The position numbers were made by a program, and so were the translations under genes. Positions 46,786 through 56,585 of a DNA stretch of 64,000 nucleotides are shown here, in pieces. A model generated the notes under the pieces. It saw only the letters and a list, made by a program, of their open reading frames with translations. It made no database searches and was not told where the DNA came from. Every line of letters starts with the position of its first letter. Position 1 is the stretch's first letter. This DNA is from an uncultured Acidimicrobiaceae bacterium (GTDB lineage Bacteria; Actinomycetota; Acidimicrobiia; Acidimicrobiales; RAAP-2): NCBI GenBank assembly GCA_963743785.1, contig CAVURD010000035.1, positions 4,508 to 68,507 of the forward strand. The letters are read 5' to 3'.

Positions 46786-49110
46786 TCAGACAAAAATGTT
46801 CTTTTGCCTCCGCCGGGCGAAGTGGTCGGCCGAGGCGGCCAAGTCCGCCTGCACTTGCCTCTGAGTTTCGAGTAACTCATCGGCCCAGAGCATCTGCAGC
46901 GTCGTACGTAACTGATCGTCCCTACGTTGAACGCGTGTGTCCTCAAACGCCTTTCGCAGAACGTCATGCAACGTCTCGTCATGGACCGGCGGCGGGTGAA
47001 TGGAACTGCTGCCCCTGTCGGCTAACACGTCGGCGAACTCCTCGTACCAACGGTGGCTGGAGGAATACGAGTCGCGCAGGACCGCGCCAGCAACTGCGAC
47101 GGTCTCAAGTTCAGCCAGGCCTGGTTCGAGGGGTGGCGTTGGCAGCATGGCCAACGTGTACGCCGCCAACCGGAGTCGATTCGAGCCAGTGAAGAGATTC
47201 GTCACGGTGTCGACCGACACCACCTTGGCCCCACTCTCGGCAAGATATTGACGGAAGACGTCATCGAGGAGCAGATAGGCACGATGTGAAGCCTGCTGAC
47301 CAGGCTCAGTGTCCACAGGGCGGGTCGTCGTCGTCAAGCGCTCCACCGCATCCGACAGGTAACCCGAACTCGTGACGAACGCCTGAGAAAGTGCTCGCCC
47401 GAGAGCAGCCGTGGCGCCCCGGGGCCAGAACAACAGCCCAACCACGATGCTCACGGCACAGCCGAGGGCCACGTCTTCAATCCTCGTCAGGCCGACCTTC
47501 CAGCCGACAGGATCGATGATGTTGAACAAAATGATCACTACCAGCGTGAATCCAGCCTGTCCCGCGGCGAACGAGATCATCGACGGGGCAACGCCCGAGA
47601 CAAGTACGGCCACGGGAAGGAGCACCCACAACAGCACGGTGTGGTCGGCCACGCCGATCATGATGGCCGAGCCCACAACAAAACCCACTGCCGTCCCTCC
47701 CACGGCCCGCAGGGCCGTGGCGCCGGTGCCGAGGGCATTGGACCGCAGTACCGAGAGCGTGCCGAGCACCACCCAGAAGCCATGCTGGACATCGGTGACC
47801 TCGGCGACGCCAACCGCAAGGGCCAGGCCCGCCGCGCCGCGCACGGCGTTGCGGAACCACACGGAATGAAAGGAGAGGTGTGAGGTGAGACGATTCCTGA
47901 AGAGGCGCGAAATCGAATCAGCGACTACGCCAAGCCGGCGGTCTCCGGCTGCTTGGGCCCCGGCCGCCTCGAGTGTGGCGTCCGCCACCATCTCTGTGGC
48001 GATACCTAACGCCCGGGCCTGAAAACTCGGGTCCAGCGACGAAGCAATACTCGTGCCCCGACCCCAATCGCCCGCCTCGGTCCCGACACCTTCGGCGTCG
48101 CCTCCATCGGTTCCGATGTCAATCAACATCGACACGTCGATCTCGAGCTCATGGCCGATCATGCGGTCCAATCGTTGGGTGGTTTCTTGGACCGCGTTCA
48201 CAAGCGACGGATCATCGACGGGATGTGCTTGGCCGTCACAGATCAGAGACGCACTCTGACGAAGGCTCTCGGCCACCGCCCCCACAATCTCCCTGACGCG
48301 GGACGGTCCCACGGTTTCGTCACCCATGAGCATCGCGTTCCCGGCAACCCATTCGACCCGGCCCACCAGCTTGGCCAGGGCGATCGCTCCCGCAACCGCG
48401 CCGGTGGGCGGGTAGGGGGTTCCTGCGAATTGGCGTCGCAGAAGCGACAGCTCCGATTTCACGTCCGCCCGCGCCAGGGGATCTGACTCTCCGCTCGCCT
48501 GTGCGTCCGCCAGCCGGCTCACGGCCGACATCGCGGCTGAGAGGCGACGACGGAGGTTGTCGTGCCACGGGGTGGGCCAGATCAACATGCAGGCGGGAAT
48601 ACACGCGGCGCCGGCCAACGCCCAGCCAATCAGTCGCGGCCCAACGGCCGAGGCCGGTTGGGCCACCGCCACCGGCAATACGAAGAGCAAAAGTGCCGCG
48701 GTCGATGCGGTTGCGGCCAGTGGGGTGACGATCCCCGCGAAGAGGACAGCGAACCCCACCACGGCCATCACCACGACCGATGCCACCTTGTGCGTCGAGA
48801 CGACCGTGCCAAGGGAAATGAAACAACACCCGACCACGAACAGTGCGACGTAGCAGAGGAGACGCGTGCGGGGTCGACCCGGGAAATCCACGAGAAGGAG
48901 CACGGCAAACGAACCAAAGGCTCCGAAGAGGCTTATCTGTGCATTGGAAGACACCACATGAGCGATCGCAAAGACCGAGGGCATGACCACGGCTGCCCTG
49001 GCCGAGCGTTTGATGGCCAAGAAGTCGGGGTCTTTTGTCCTGACCCATCCAGCCATGCCGGACCACAATCGGCGACGCGCCGGTTTCGGCGGAGACGTGA
49101 CGTCGCTCAT
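46786..49110 (-). CDS. FUSC family membrane protein (fusaric acid resistance / YccS-like)
   Basis: Two multi-helix membrane blocks are separated by a long soluble linker, about 775 aa from MSDVTSPPKPARRRLW. The family call rests on architecture and pattern resemblance. Confidence 0.8.
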   Translation of the reverse strand: MSDVTSPPKPARRRLWSGMAGWVRTKDPDFLAIKRSARAAVVMPSVFAIAHVVSSNAQISLFGAFGSFAVLLLVDFPGRPRTRLLCYVALFVVGCCFISLGTVVSTHKVASVVVMAVVGFAVLFAGIVTPLAATASTAALLLFVLPVAVAQPASAVGPRLIGWALAGAACIPACMLIWPTPWHDNLRRRLSAAMSAVSRLADAQASGESDPLARADVKSELSLLRRQFAGTPYPPTGAVAGAIALAKLVGRVEWVAGNAMLMGDETVGPSRVREIVGAVAESLRQSASLICDGQAHPVDDPSLVNAVQETTQRLDRMIGHELEIDVSMLIDIGTDGGDAEGVGTEAGDWGRGTSIASSLDPSFQARALGIATEMVADATLEAAGAQAAGDRRLGVVADSISRLFRNRLTSHLSFHSVWFRNAVRGAAGLALAVGVAEVTDVQHGFWVVLGTLSVLRSNALGTGATALRAVGGTAVGFVVGSAIMIGVADHTVLLWVLLPVAVLVSGVAPSMISFAAGQAGFTLVVIILFNIIDPVGWKVGLTRIEDVALGCAVSIVVGLLFWPRGATAALGRALSQAFVTSSGYLSDAVERLTTTTRPVDTEPGQQASHRAYLLLDDVFRQYLAESGAKVVSVDTVTNLFTGSNRLRLAAYTLAMLPTPPLEPGLAELETVAVAGAVLRDSYSSSHRWYEEFADVLADRGSSSIHPPPVHDETLHDVLRKAFEDTRVQRRDDQLRTTLQMLWADELLETQRQVQADLAASADHFARRRQKNIFV

Positions 49111-49255
49111 CGGACCATCTCCCATCGCGCACGGCCGCGCCAGTTGGCGAACATCGACCATACCGATCGCAAAACTACCCTGACAACGTGGAGCGGCCCG
49201 GGGACTAGCGGGCACGTGCCGTTGACGGGGCGAACTCAGCCGAACTCCGCCCGGC

Positions 49256-50473
49256 TCAGCCCAACTTGGTCAGGGCCCCGCGCAGGTTGCGCACGGCCTG
49301 GCCGATGCGTTGCTCATTCTCGATGAGGGCGAACCGCACGTGGCCGTCGCCGCCCGGACCGAAGCCCACCCCAGGCGAGGTGGCCACATCGGCCTCGGTG
49401 ATGAGGTGCTTGGAGAACTCGAGCGAGCCCATCTCGCGGTAGGGCTCGGGGATGGGAGCCCAGACGAACATGGTGCCCTTGGGCGGGACCAGATGCCATC
49501 CGATCCGGTTGAGCCCGTCACAGAGCGTGTCGCGCCGGGAGCGGTAGATCCCGTTGATGTGCTTGGGGTAGTCCGATGCCTCGTTCATGGCCACGATGGC
49601 GGCGATCTGAATGGGTTGGAACGTCCCGTAGTCGAGATAGGTCTTGAGCTTGGTCAGGGCCTGGACGATCTCGGCGTTGCCCACCACGAAGCCGACCCGC
49701 CAGCCCGGCATCGAAAACGACTTGGTCAAGGTGTACAGCTCGACCGCCACATCCTTGGCTCCGGGAACCTGGAGGATAGAGGGCGGCTCGTAGCCGTCGA
49801 AGCCGATGTCGGCGTAGGCGAAGTCATGCACCAGGACGACCTCGTGCTCACGGGCAAAGGCCACCAACCGCTCCATGAACGACAGATCGACACAGGCCGT
49901 GGTCGGGTTGTGGGGGAACGACAGCACGATGACTCTCGGCTTGGGCCAGGACTCCTCCCAGGCATGCATCAGCCCGTCGAAGAAGGCTTCACCCGGGTCG
50001 GGCGCGCTGATCCCGTCGGCGTCGACCGACGGACCGGAGAGCGGCACCTGACGGACGTCTGCGCCGGCGAAGAGCGGTCCCCAGATGTGGATCGGGTACG
50101 ACGGCGAGGGCACCAGCGCGGTGTCGCCCGGGCCGACCAGGACCCACATCAGGTGTGAGAAGCCTTCCTTGGCCCCGATGGTGGTGACCACCTCGGTGTC
50201 GGGGTCGAGCGCGACGTCGAACTTGCGCTGGTAGAGATCGGCCACGGCGCTGCGTAGCTTGGGAATGCCCCGGCTAGCGGAGTAGCGATGGTTCCGCGGG
50301 TTGTGTGCCGCCTCGGCCAATTTCTCCACCGCCACCGCCGGCGACGGCAGGTCCGGATTGCCGAAACCGAGGTCGATGACGTCGTTCCCGGCTCGCCGCG
50401 ATGCCGCCTTCAGGTCATTGATGGTGGCAAAGACATACGGTGGCAGACCGTTGATCCGACGGAACTCCATCAC
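49256..50473 (-). CDS. pyridoxal phosphate-dependent aminotransferase (class I, AlaT/AspC-like)
   Basis: [37 protein letters not shown]...[11 protein letters not shown]...[16 protein letters not shown] includes the PLP lysine motif. Confidence 0.9.
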   Translation of the reverse strand: MMEFRRINGLPPYVFATINDLKAASRRAGNDVIDLGFGNPDLPSPAVAVEKLAEAAHNPRNHRYSASRGIPKLRSAVADLYQRKFDVALDPDTEVVTTIGAKEGFSHLMWVLVGPGDTALVPSPSYPIHIWGPLFAGADVRQVPLSGPSVDADGISAPDPGEAFFDGLMHAWEESWPKPRVIVLSFPHNPTTACVDLSFMERLVAFAREHEVVLVHDFAYADIGFDGYEPPSILQVPGAKDVAVELYTLTKSFSMPGWRVGFVVGNAEIVQALTKLKTYLDYGTFQPIQIAAIVAMNEASDYPKHINGIYRSRRDTLCDGLNRIGWHLVPPKGTMFVWAPIPEPYREMGSLEFSKHLITEADVATSPGVGFGPGGDGHVRFALIENEQRIGQAVRNLRGALTKLG

Positions 50474-50516
50474 GGGAGTCTACGGCCCTCCGTGCCGGCC
50501 TCTGAGCCACCCCACC

Positions 50517-51305
50517 TCAAACTTCACTCGCGCCGTCACCCGCACGTTCACCCGTGCCGTCACCCGCACCTCCGTCCGCACCGGCCGTCTTCGCGGCCGC
50601 GGCCGCCAGCGCATCGAGGTCGACCGGCCACCCGAAGATGGCCCAGGTGGCACCGGCACGCGCCACCGCCGCCACGATGCCGTCGAGTTCTTCGTTGGAC
50701 GAAGGCGGCGGGCCGGCCCAGGTGATTTCCACCGCCTCGGGGCCGTGGGCCCGGGCCACCACCAACGCCGGATCGGCATCCCACAGATTGAGGGCCACGC
50801 CGGCGGCGAGCGCTTCGGCCGTGCGGGCCGCCGGGCCGCCGGCAATCCACACGGTCAAGCCCTGCCCCCGCAACGCCCGGGCCACCTCCACCATCTCCTC
50901 CCGGCGTTCGGACGCCGAGGCAAAGGGGATGCCGTACGCCCGGTTCTCGGCCTCGCTCAGGCGATCACCGGTGCCCAGGGCGGCCACGATGCGGCCGGGG
51001 GCCAGGTTGGCCAGCGCGGTGAACTGCGCCAGCAACACCTCGTTGGGGACCAGCCCCACCCGGGCCACCAGCGTCCCGAAGAACGGTCCGCCGCCGGGGG
51101 TGGCCGGGGCCGGCACGTCCGGCCACCAGCGCGCCGAGAACGGGGAACGGAGCCAGGGCCGGTCGGTCGGGTTGGGCCATGGGCCAGATGTGGTCGTAAC
51201 AGAAGACCCCGTCGACACCGGCGGCAAACGCCGCGCCGCCGCATCGAGGGCGTCGTCCGGGCTCTCCCGGAAGGTCGGGAGCACCACGCCGGTGCGGATC
51301 ACCAC
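50517..51305 (-). pseudogene. LLM-class (luciferase-like) F420-dependent oxidoreductase, at least two frame breaks between ~51100 and ~51240
   Basis: MVIRTGVVLPTFRESPDDALDAAARR, then (other frame) AAFAAGVDGVFCYDHIWPMAQPDRPALAPFPVLGALVA, then back to GTLVARVGLVPNEVLLAQFTALANLAPGRIVAALGTGD... Confidence 0.7.
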
Positions 51306-52333
51306 AAACCTCCCCGGCGGGCCGCCAGCGCGGCACCCACGGCGCCGGCCCGCTCGCCGAAGGCGGCGGGCACGATGACCGCCGGTTCACGGGCGGACCC
51401 GCCCTCGACCAGTGCCGCGAAGGCCGCCCGCGTGGACTCGAACCAGAGCTCGCCCGCGGCGACCAGCCCACCCCCGAGCACGATGCACGCGGGATCGAGC
51501 ACGCAGGTCAGGTTGGCCAACCCGAAGCCGACCCACCACCCCAATTGCTCCACCACCTGCCGGGCATCGGCGTCGCCGGCCAAGGCGGCCGCGGTGACAT
51601 CCTCGCCCCGTACGCTCTCGGGATCCCCACCGGCCAACGTCACCACGGCGGGCAGCCGCCCGGCCATGGCGGCCTCTCGGGCCAGCAGGCCCAGGCCCCC
51701 TCCAGAGGCGTAGCGCTCCCAACAGCCGCGCCGGCCGCACGGGCACGGCGGACCGGCCGGGTCGACCACCATGTGGCCGATCTCCCCGGCGTAGCCGTGG
51801 CCGCCCACGCGCAGTCGCCCGTCCACAATCAACGCGCCACCGATACCCGTGCCCAGCGTCACGGTGAGCACGTCGTCAAATCCCTTCGCCGCGCCCAACC
51901 GAAGCTCGGCCAGGGCGGCGAGATTGGCGTCGTTCTCAATGAGGATTCGGCGCTGCGGCAAGGGCTCGGACAACAGGACGTGCCAGTCCACGCCCTGCCC
52001 CTGGGGAAGATTGGGCGAGAAGCGCAGGCGGCCGGCCCGGTCCAACATGCCGGGTACGCCGACGCCGATGGCCGGTGCCTCCGAAGCGCTCGACGATCCC
52101 ACATCCATGGCGGCGTCGAGGCGGGCCACCACCTCGGCCACCGCTTCGGCCACGGCGACCGCAACACCTCGACCGACCACATCACCCTGGCTCAAGCCGA
52201 TCGGCGTGGCCACCCGGGCTTCGACCAACACACGTTCCGAAGGGCCCAGGGCCACACCGAGCACTTTGGTCCCCCCGATGTCGATGCCGAAGGCCACGTC
52301 GGCACCCGCCGACGGTCCGGCGCCGGACGTCAC
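51299..52333 (-). CDS. ROK family glucokinase/sugar kinase
   Basis: FGIDIGGTKVLGVAL, ENDANLAALAE, and GHMVVDPAGPPCPCGRRGCWE (the ROK zinc motif) are present. Confidence 0.85.
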   Translation of the reverse strand: MTSGAGPSAGADVAFGIDIGGTKVLGVALGPSERVLVEARVATPIGLSQGDVVGRGVAVAVAEAVAEVVARLDAAMDVGSSSASEAPAIGVGVPGMLDRAGRLRFSPNLPQGQGVDWHVLLSEPLPQRRILIENDANLAALAELRLGAAKGFDDVLTVTLGTGIGGALIVDGRLRVGGHGYAGEIGHMVVDPAGPPCPCGRRGCWERYASGGGLGLLAREAAMAGRLPAVVTLAGGDPESVRGEDVTAAALAGDADARQVVEQLGWWVGFGLANLTCVLDPACIVLGGGLVAAGELWFESTRAAFAALVEGGSAREPAVIVPAAFGERAGAVGAALAARRGGLW

Positions 52334-52776
52334 GACGAGGACTCGACCCGCGCCTTCAGCTCTCGCAGGGCTGTCGACATGATACGGCTCTGCGCCCGCA
52401 TCTTGATGAAACCCGGGATGGGCACGCGCAGTTCGACCTCGAGGTGGTATGTCACGTCGGTGCCGGTGCCGCCCTCGCCTGGATCGAAGACGTAGCTCCC
52501 GTCCAGCTTCGACGTGATGTCACCCTTGGTCAGCTTCCACGAGAGGATGCGGGGTGCTTCGGAATAGTCGTAGACCAGGGTGTAGCTCGTGCTGCGGCCG
52601 AAGGCGGCGGCCCGCCAGGTGACGACGAGCGGGCGTCCCTCGCCGTCGCGCTCTTCAACGACGATCTCCTTGATATCGGCGGCCCAATCGACATAGTGCT
52701 CGATATCCGCCACGACGGCATAGCACCGCTCGGGCGAGGCCGACACCGACATGTGTTCTGTGGCCTGGTCCGCCAC
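52330..52776 (-). CDS. SRPBCC family protein (polyketide cyclase/dehydrase-like)
   Basis: VADQATEHMSVSASPERCYAVVADIEHYVDWAADIKEI... The GTG at 52776 has an AGGAAAGGA RBS. The longer ORF in the track overlaps the upstream GT4 gene. Confidence 0.75.
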   Translation of the reverse strand: MADQATEHMSVSASPERCYAVVADIEHYVDWAADIKEIVVEERDGEGRPLVVTWRAAAFGRSTSYTLVYDYSEAPRILSWKLTKGDITSKLDGSYVFDPGEGGTGTDVTYHLEVELRVPIPGFIKMRAQSRIMSTALRELKARVESSS

Positions 52777-52828
52777 GGCTCTGTGCGTCCTTTCCTCTCG
52801 CCTGTCCGCCGGAGCGGTCAGGAGGCAG

Positions 52829-53974
52829 TCAGCCTGCCACTTCCTCCAAGGTGTCGGCCAGCCTAGAAGCGAGAGCGTCGTAGTCGAAGGATGCCACCAC
52901 GCGGGCCCGGCCCGCCGCCCCCATGCGCTTGGCCAGGGCCGGATCGGACAGCAGCTCCCGCAGAGCCTGGGCCACGCAACCGGGGTCATCGGGTCGGGCC
53001 ACCACCAGCCCGGTCTCCCCGTGGATCACGGCCTCGGCCGCACCCCCGCTCTCCCCGGCCACCTGTGGCACGCCGGCGGCGGCCGCCTCGAGGAAGACGA
53101 TGCCGAACCCCTCCTGCTCCAAGCCCAGCCAGCGGTTGCGGCAGGCCATGACGAAGAGGTCGGCGGACCCGAGCAGCACGGCCCGGTCCTGATCGCTCAA
53201 CCGGCCCAACATGGAGACCGAGGCCAAGCTGGCGCCGGCTTGGCGCCGGAGCCGGGGCAGTTCGCGGCCCTCTCCGCCGATGGCCACCACCAGGTCGGGA
53301 TAGGAGGGAACCAGTCGATCGGCCGCCTCGATCAGTACGTCCATCCCCTTGCGCGGGACGAGGCGGCTCAAGCTGACCACCAATGGTCCCGAAGAGGACA
53401 GGCCGAAACGGACCCGGGCCGCCTGCCGGACCGATTCGAACATGGGCTTGATGCGGTCGGCGTCGACCCCGGGCGGGATCTCGACCACCGGCGCCGCCAA
53501 CTCCCCGGAAGCCCGCCTGGCCTCCGCCGCCGGATAGCGCCCGGCGGAAATGACCACCGACGCGCCCCGGAGCACGTGTGCCAGCGCGACCCGGGCACCC
53601 GGCACCCGGCCGGGCACCGTGACTTCGGCCCCGTGCAGGATCACCCCGTAGGGCGTGCCGAGGCGAGGCCCGAGGAGACCGAGAGGAAGTGCCGGGTCGA
53701 GCAGGACCAGGTCGATGCCGTGTTCGGCCACGCAGCGGCGGACCTGGCGCAAGGTCTTCGGCGTGGGGAAGTAGAGGATGGGCTCATCGACCCGCTCGAT
53801 GCGGACCCCGACCGCCGCTTGCGCCGCATCGAACTCGGGCGCTCCGGGGTCAGACGACGCGGTGAGCACCACGAACGACGCAGGATCGAGGCGGCGCCAC
53901 AGTTCCCACAGATAGTTCTGGATCCCCCCGACCTTGGGCGGGAAGTCGTTCGTCACCAGCAGGTGGCGCTTCAC
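52829..53974 (-). CDS. glycosyltransferase family 4 (PimB'-like mannosyltransferase type)
   Basis: MKRHLLVTNDFPPKVGGIQNYLWEL... and the C-terminal EQEGFGIVFLEAAAAGVPQVAGESGGAAEAV (the GT4 E-x7-E region) are present. Confidence 0.85.
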   Translation of the reverse strand: MKRHLLVTNDFPPKVGGIQNYLWELWRRLDPASFVVLTASSDPGAPEFDAAQAAVGVRIERVDEPILYFPTPKTLRQVRRCVAEHGIDLVLLDPALPLGLLGPRLGTPYGVILHGAEVTVPGRVPGARVALAHVLRGASVVISAGRYPAAEARRASGELAAPVVEIPPGVDADRIKPMFESVRQAARVRFGLSSSGPLVVSLSRLVPRKGMDVLIEAADRLVPSYPDLVVAIGGEGRELPRLRRQAGASLASVSMLGRLSDQDRAVLLGSADLFVMACRNRWLGLEQEGFGIVFLEAAAAGVPQVAGESGGAAEAVIHGETGLVVARPDDPGCVAQALRELLSDPALAKRMGAAGRARVVASFDYDALASRLADTLEEVAG

Positions 53975-54022
53975 GCCGACCCGCTCGCGCTCGGACTGCG
54001 GACGGCCCGTCCCGCTCGGCTG

Positions 54023-54232
54023 CTACCCCGCTCGGCTGCTGAAGCGTAAGGACGGCACCAGACCGGCCCGCTCGAGCATGCGCATCGCCCGTGCCTCGTC
54101 CGCGTCGATGACCACGGCGTCATCTGGTTCGCGCTCGAGCAGGAAGCTGACCACGCAGTCGTCGCAAGCGTCCGTCCCCTGAAGCTCGCAGCAGTCACAG
54201 TCGATGGTGACCGTCGGATTCGATTCGGACAT
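54023..54232 (-). CDS. small Cys-rich conserved hypothetical protein
   Basis: 69 aa, MSESNPTVTIDCDCCELQGTDACDDCVVSFLLEREPDDAVVIDADEARAMRMLERAGLVP. Confidence 0.6.
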   Translation of the reverse strand: MSESNPTVTIDCDCCELQGTDACDDCVVSFLLEREPDDAVVIDADEARAMRMLERAGLVPSLRFSSRAG

Positions 54233-54332
54233 GGTGGTAACCCTCCGTGATTGGGCCTCGCTGGCGCATGTTCTCTCTGTCTGGCGTCAGCTTCCTCCGA
54301 GGGTGTGACACCCAGCGGATCCGGTGCGGTAA

Positions 54333-54913
54333 TCACGGCGTATCGGGTCCGGCCAGGGCAGAAAGGACGCTCGCCGCGGTCTCGCTCACCCCCCAGGCCA
54401 CGCCCTCGGTCCGGACCTCCCGACCGAGGGTCAGGGCATAGAAGGGCGGCCCGCCCACCCCGTAGTCGAGGTAGGCCTGCGAGCTCATCACCACCTCGGG
54501 CTGCCCCGTGACCCGACTCGTCTCCCGACCCGTGACCCGACTCGCCTCCCGACCCGTGGGCCCCCGGATCCGAGGGCGAAGCCAGCCCCGACGCAGCCGC
54601 CGCCAACCGGGCCACCATCGCCGCGTCCTCGTGCTCGGGTCCCCGGGTCACCACGACCACCCTCACCCGCGCGCCCGAGTGCGTGGCGCAGCTCGTCCAC
54701 GCCCTCCCACAGGTCTCGGCAACCCTGGCAGCTCGATGAGAGAAAGAGGAGGAACACCGGTTCACCCGAATCCACGATCCCAATGGACCGTCGAGCGCCA
54801 GCCGGGTCCACGCCCTCGATATCGCACCCGGTGGTCGCCGGGTGATCCCGGTAGGTCGGGATGGGACGCAGCCGGCCCAACAGCTCAAGGGGCGCCGGCA
54901 CGTGGTCGGTCAC
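54333..54913 (-). pseudogene. thioredoxin-like protein with CxxC, two frame breaks (~54672-54685 and ~54495-54505)
   Basis: MTDHVPAPLELLGRLRPIP...VFLLFLSSSCQGCRDLWEGVDELRHALG, then ARVRVVVVTRGPEHEDAAMVARL...GSGGESGHGSGDESGH, then GQPEVVMSSQAYLDYGVGGPPFYALTLGREVRTEGVAWGV...*, in three frames. Confidence 0.6.
54506..54553. repeat. 24-nt tandem repeat x2 (plus a partial third copy) inside the thioredoxin-like gene
   Basis: CCGTGACCCGACTCGTCTCCCGAC / CCGTGACCCGACTCGCCTCCCGAC differ at one position. The repeat encodes the SGHGSG(D/G)E repeat and sits directly beside one of the frame breaks. Confidence 0.8.
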
Positions 54914-55248
54914 GTCACCCGTGAGGCGGCGCCCGGCTCCCGATGCTCCTGTTCACCCGCTCCGTCGACGTCGCCCCCGCCGATTTCACTCTCGGCCAGC
55001 TCGACCACGCTGTGGCCGTGGCCACACCAGCGACAGGACACGGCATCGACGTGATGGGAGAGCACCGTCTCCTCCTCGACCCGCAGCTCGCCGCCCACGG
55101 TGTAGTGGTGGAACGCGGTGGTCCGCCGGGTGGTGGTGACGTCGAAGCGGGTCAGGTTCCCGCAGCCGTCGCAGCGGTATCGAGGCGCACCCATGGGCAC
55201 CACGGTAGTCGGCGCATCCGGGGCACCCCGAAGGCCCACCAGGCTCAA
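54910..55248 (-). CDS. zinc-ribbon-type conserved hypothetical protein
   Basis: MGAPRYRCDGCGNLTRFDVTTTRRTTAFHHYTVGGELRVEEETVLSHHVDAVSCRWCGHG contains two CxxC pairs. The start is uncertain (55248 or ATG 55194). Confidence 0.6.
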   Translation of the reverse strand: MSLVGLRGAPDAPTTVVPMGAPRYRCDGCGNLTRFDVTTTRRTTAFHHYTVGGELRVEEETVLSHHVDAVSCRWCGHGHSVVELAESEIGGGDVDGAGEQEHREPGAASRVT

Positions 55249-56024
55249 ATCCGATCCAGCAGCTCCGCCTTCTTGGTGGCGAATTCCTCCTCGGAGAGGA
55301 TCCCGCGCTGGCGCAGATCATCGAGCTCGATCAGACGGTCACGGATCTGATCCTGGGTGGCTCCGCCGGTCACCCCACCGGTCCCGGCGGGAGCCGCCCC
55401 CTGGGTAGCCGCCGGCTCCGACCCCGGCACGAACATGCCGTGCGGGGGGGTCTCGTCGGTCTGATACGAGCCGGGTCGACGGCCCTCCGAGGCGATGTCC
55501 GCCGGCCGCGGGTGGGCGGTGTAGAGGTCGGTGCGATGACGATCGACCAACTCGTCGATCTGCGTGTTGACCACTCGCTGGAACACCAGCGGTTTGGCCA
55601 CATCCTCAATAACCAAGGAGTCTTCATCACCCTGGACGTCGAGGATGAGACGGCCCACGCCGAGCGCCCGCTCCCACAGTCGTTGGGACGTGTTGACCTC
55701 GGTGACCCGTTGCAGTCGCAGCTGGAGCGTGTTTCGTTCGAAGACGCCGCGCCGCACGATGATCCGGGTGGTGGTCAGCGCAATGATGTAGTTGCGCCAC
55801 CGGAACATCCGACCGAGGAACCACAGGACGGGAACGGCGGCGATGGCCAACAACGGGTAGGTGACGAGCGCGGTGGCGTGCTTGCCGAGGGCGACGAGGG
55901 CGACACTGATGCCCACCACCACCAGGGTGGCAATGATGAGCGGCCCGACGAAGAAGACCCAGTGTGGGCGCATCTCGACCACGATGTCCTCGTCTTCACC
56001 GAGCAACTTGCGGGGCAGCGGCAT
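55245..56024 (-). CDS. membrane PH-domain (bPH_2/YdbT-like) protein with C-terminal SHOCT domain
   Basis: LLGEDEDIVVEMRPHW, two TM helices and YIIALTTTRIIVRRGVFERNTLQLRLQRV form the PH-like part. The C-terminal IELDDLRQRGILSEEEFATKKAELLDRI is SHOCT-like. Confidence 0.8.
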   Translation of the reverse strand: MPLPRKLLGEDEDIVVEMRPHWVFFVGPLIIATLVVVGISVALVALGKHATALVTYPLLAIAAVPVLWFLGRMFRWRNYIIALTTTRIIVRRGVFERNTLQLRLQRVTEVNTSQRLWERALGVGRLILDVQGDEDSLVIEDVAKPLVFQRVVNTQIDELVDRHRTDLYTAHPRPADIASEGRRPGSYQTDETPPHGMFVPGSEPAATQGAAPAGTGGVTGGATQDQIRDRLIELDDLRQRGILSEEEFATKKAELLDRI

Positions 56025-56092
56025 CAGGGCACAGCGTACTGGCGCCTCCTCCAGGGGCCGGGGAGCCGACCCGGAGGCCTACCCTGGACGCC

Positions 56093-56401
56093 ATGGCCTA
56101 CACCGAAGTCGAACCCGACGAGATCCGGGCCCGATTGGCCCGGGGCGAAGAGGTGTTCCTGCTCGACGTCCGAGAGCCCGCCGAAGTGGCCGAATGGGCC
56201 TATCCCATTGGCGTCAACATCCCGCTCGGACAGCTGGGCGACCGCTTGGGTGAGCTCCCCGAAGACGTCACCATCGTCGTCGCCTGCCACGTCGGTGGCC
56301 GGTCCGCCGTGGCCGCCGAGGCGCTCAGCCAGGCCGGCTGGACCACGGAGAACCTGGCCGGCGGCGCCCTGGCGTGGGCGGCAACCGAGCCTGAAGGCTG
56401 A
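56093..56401 (+). CDS. rhodanese-like domain protein (single-domain sulfurtransferase)
   Basis: VFLLDVREPAEVAEW...IVVACHVGGRSAVAAEAL includes the active-site loop CxxGxR. Confidence 0.85.
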   Translation: MAYTEVEPDEIRARLARGEEVFLLDVREPAEVAEWAYPIGVNIPLGQLGDRLGELPEDVTIVVACHVGGRSAVAAEALSQAGWTTENLAGGALAWAATEPEG

Positions 56402-56585
56402 CATCACCCCGTTCCCCACCCCCGTTCCGCACAAAGTCACCCCTGTTACCCACAGACTTTCCCCACGTAAAGCGATCGAGGGGTGGACGAACCGTGACAG
56501 TTGCGGCCGGGCCACAGCCGCAGGTAGCGGGCGACAACCTCAAGTAGAGGGTGCACGAAGGGGCCGGCTCACGCCCTGGCGGGGC

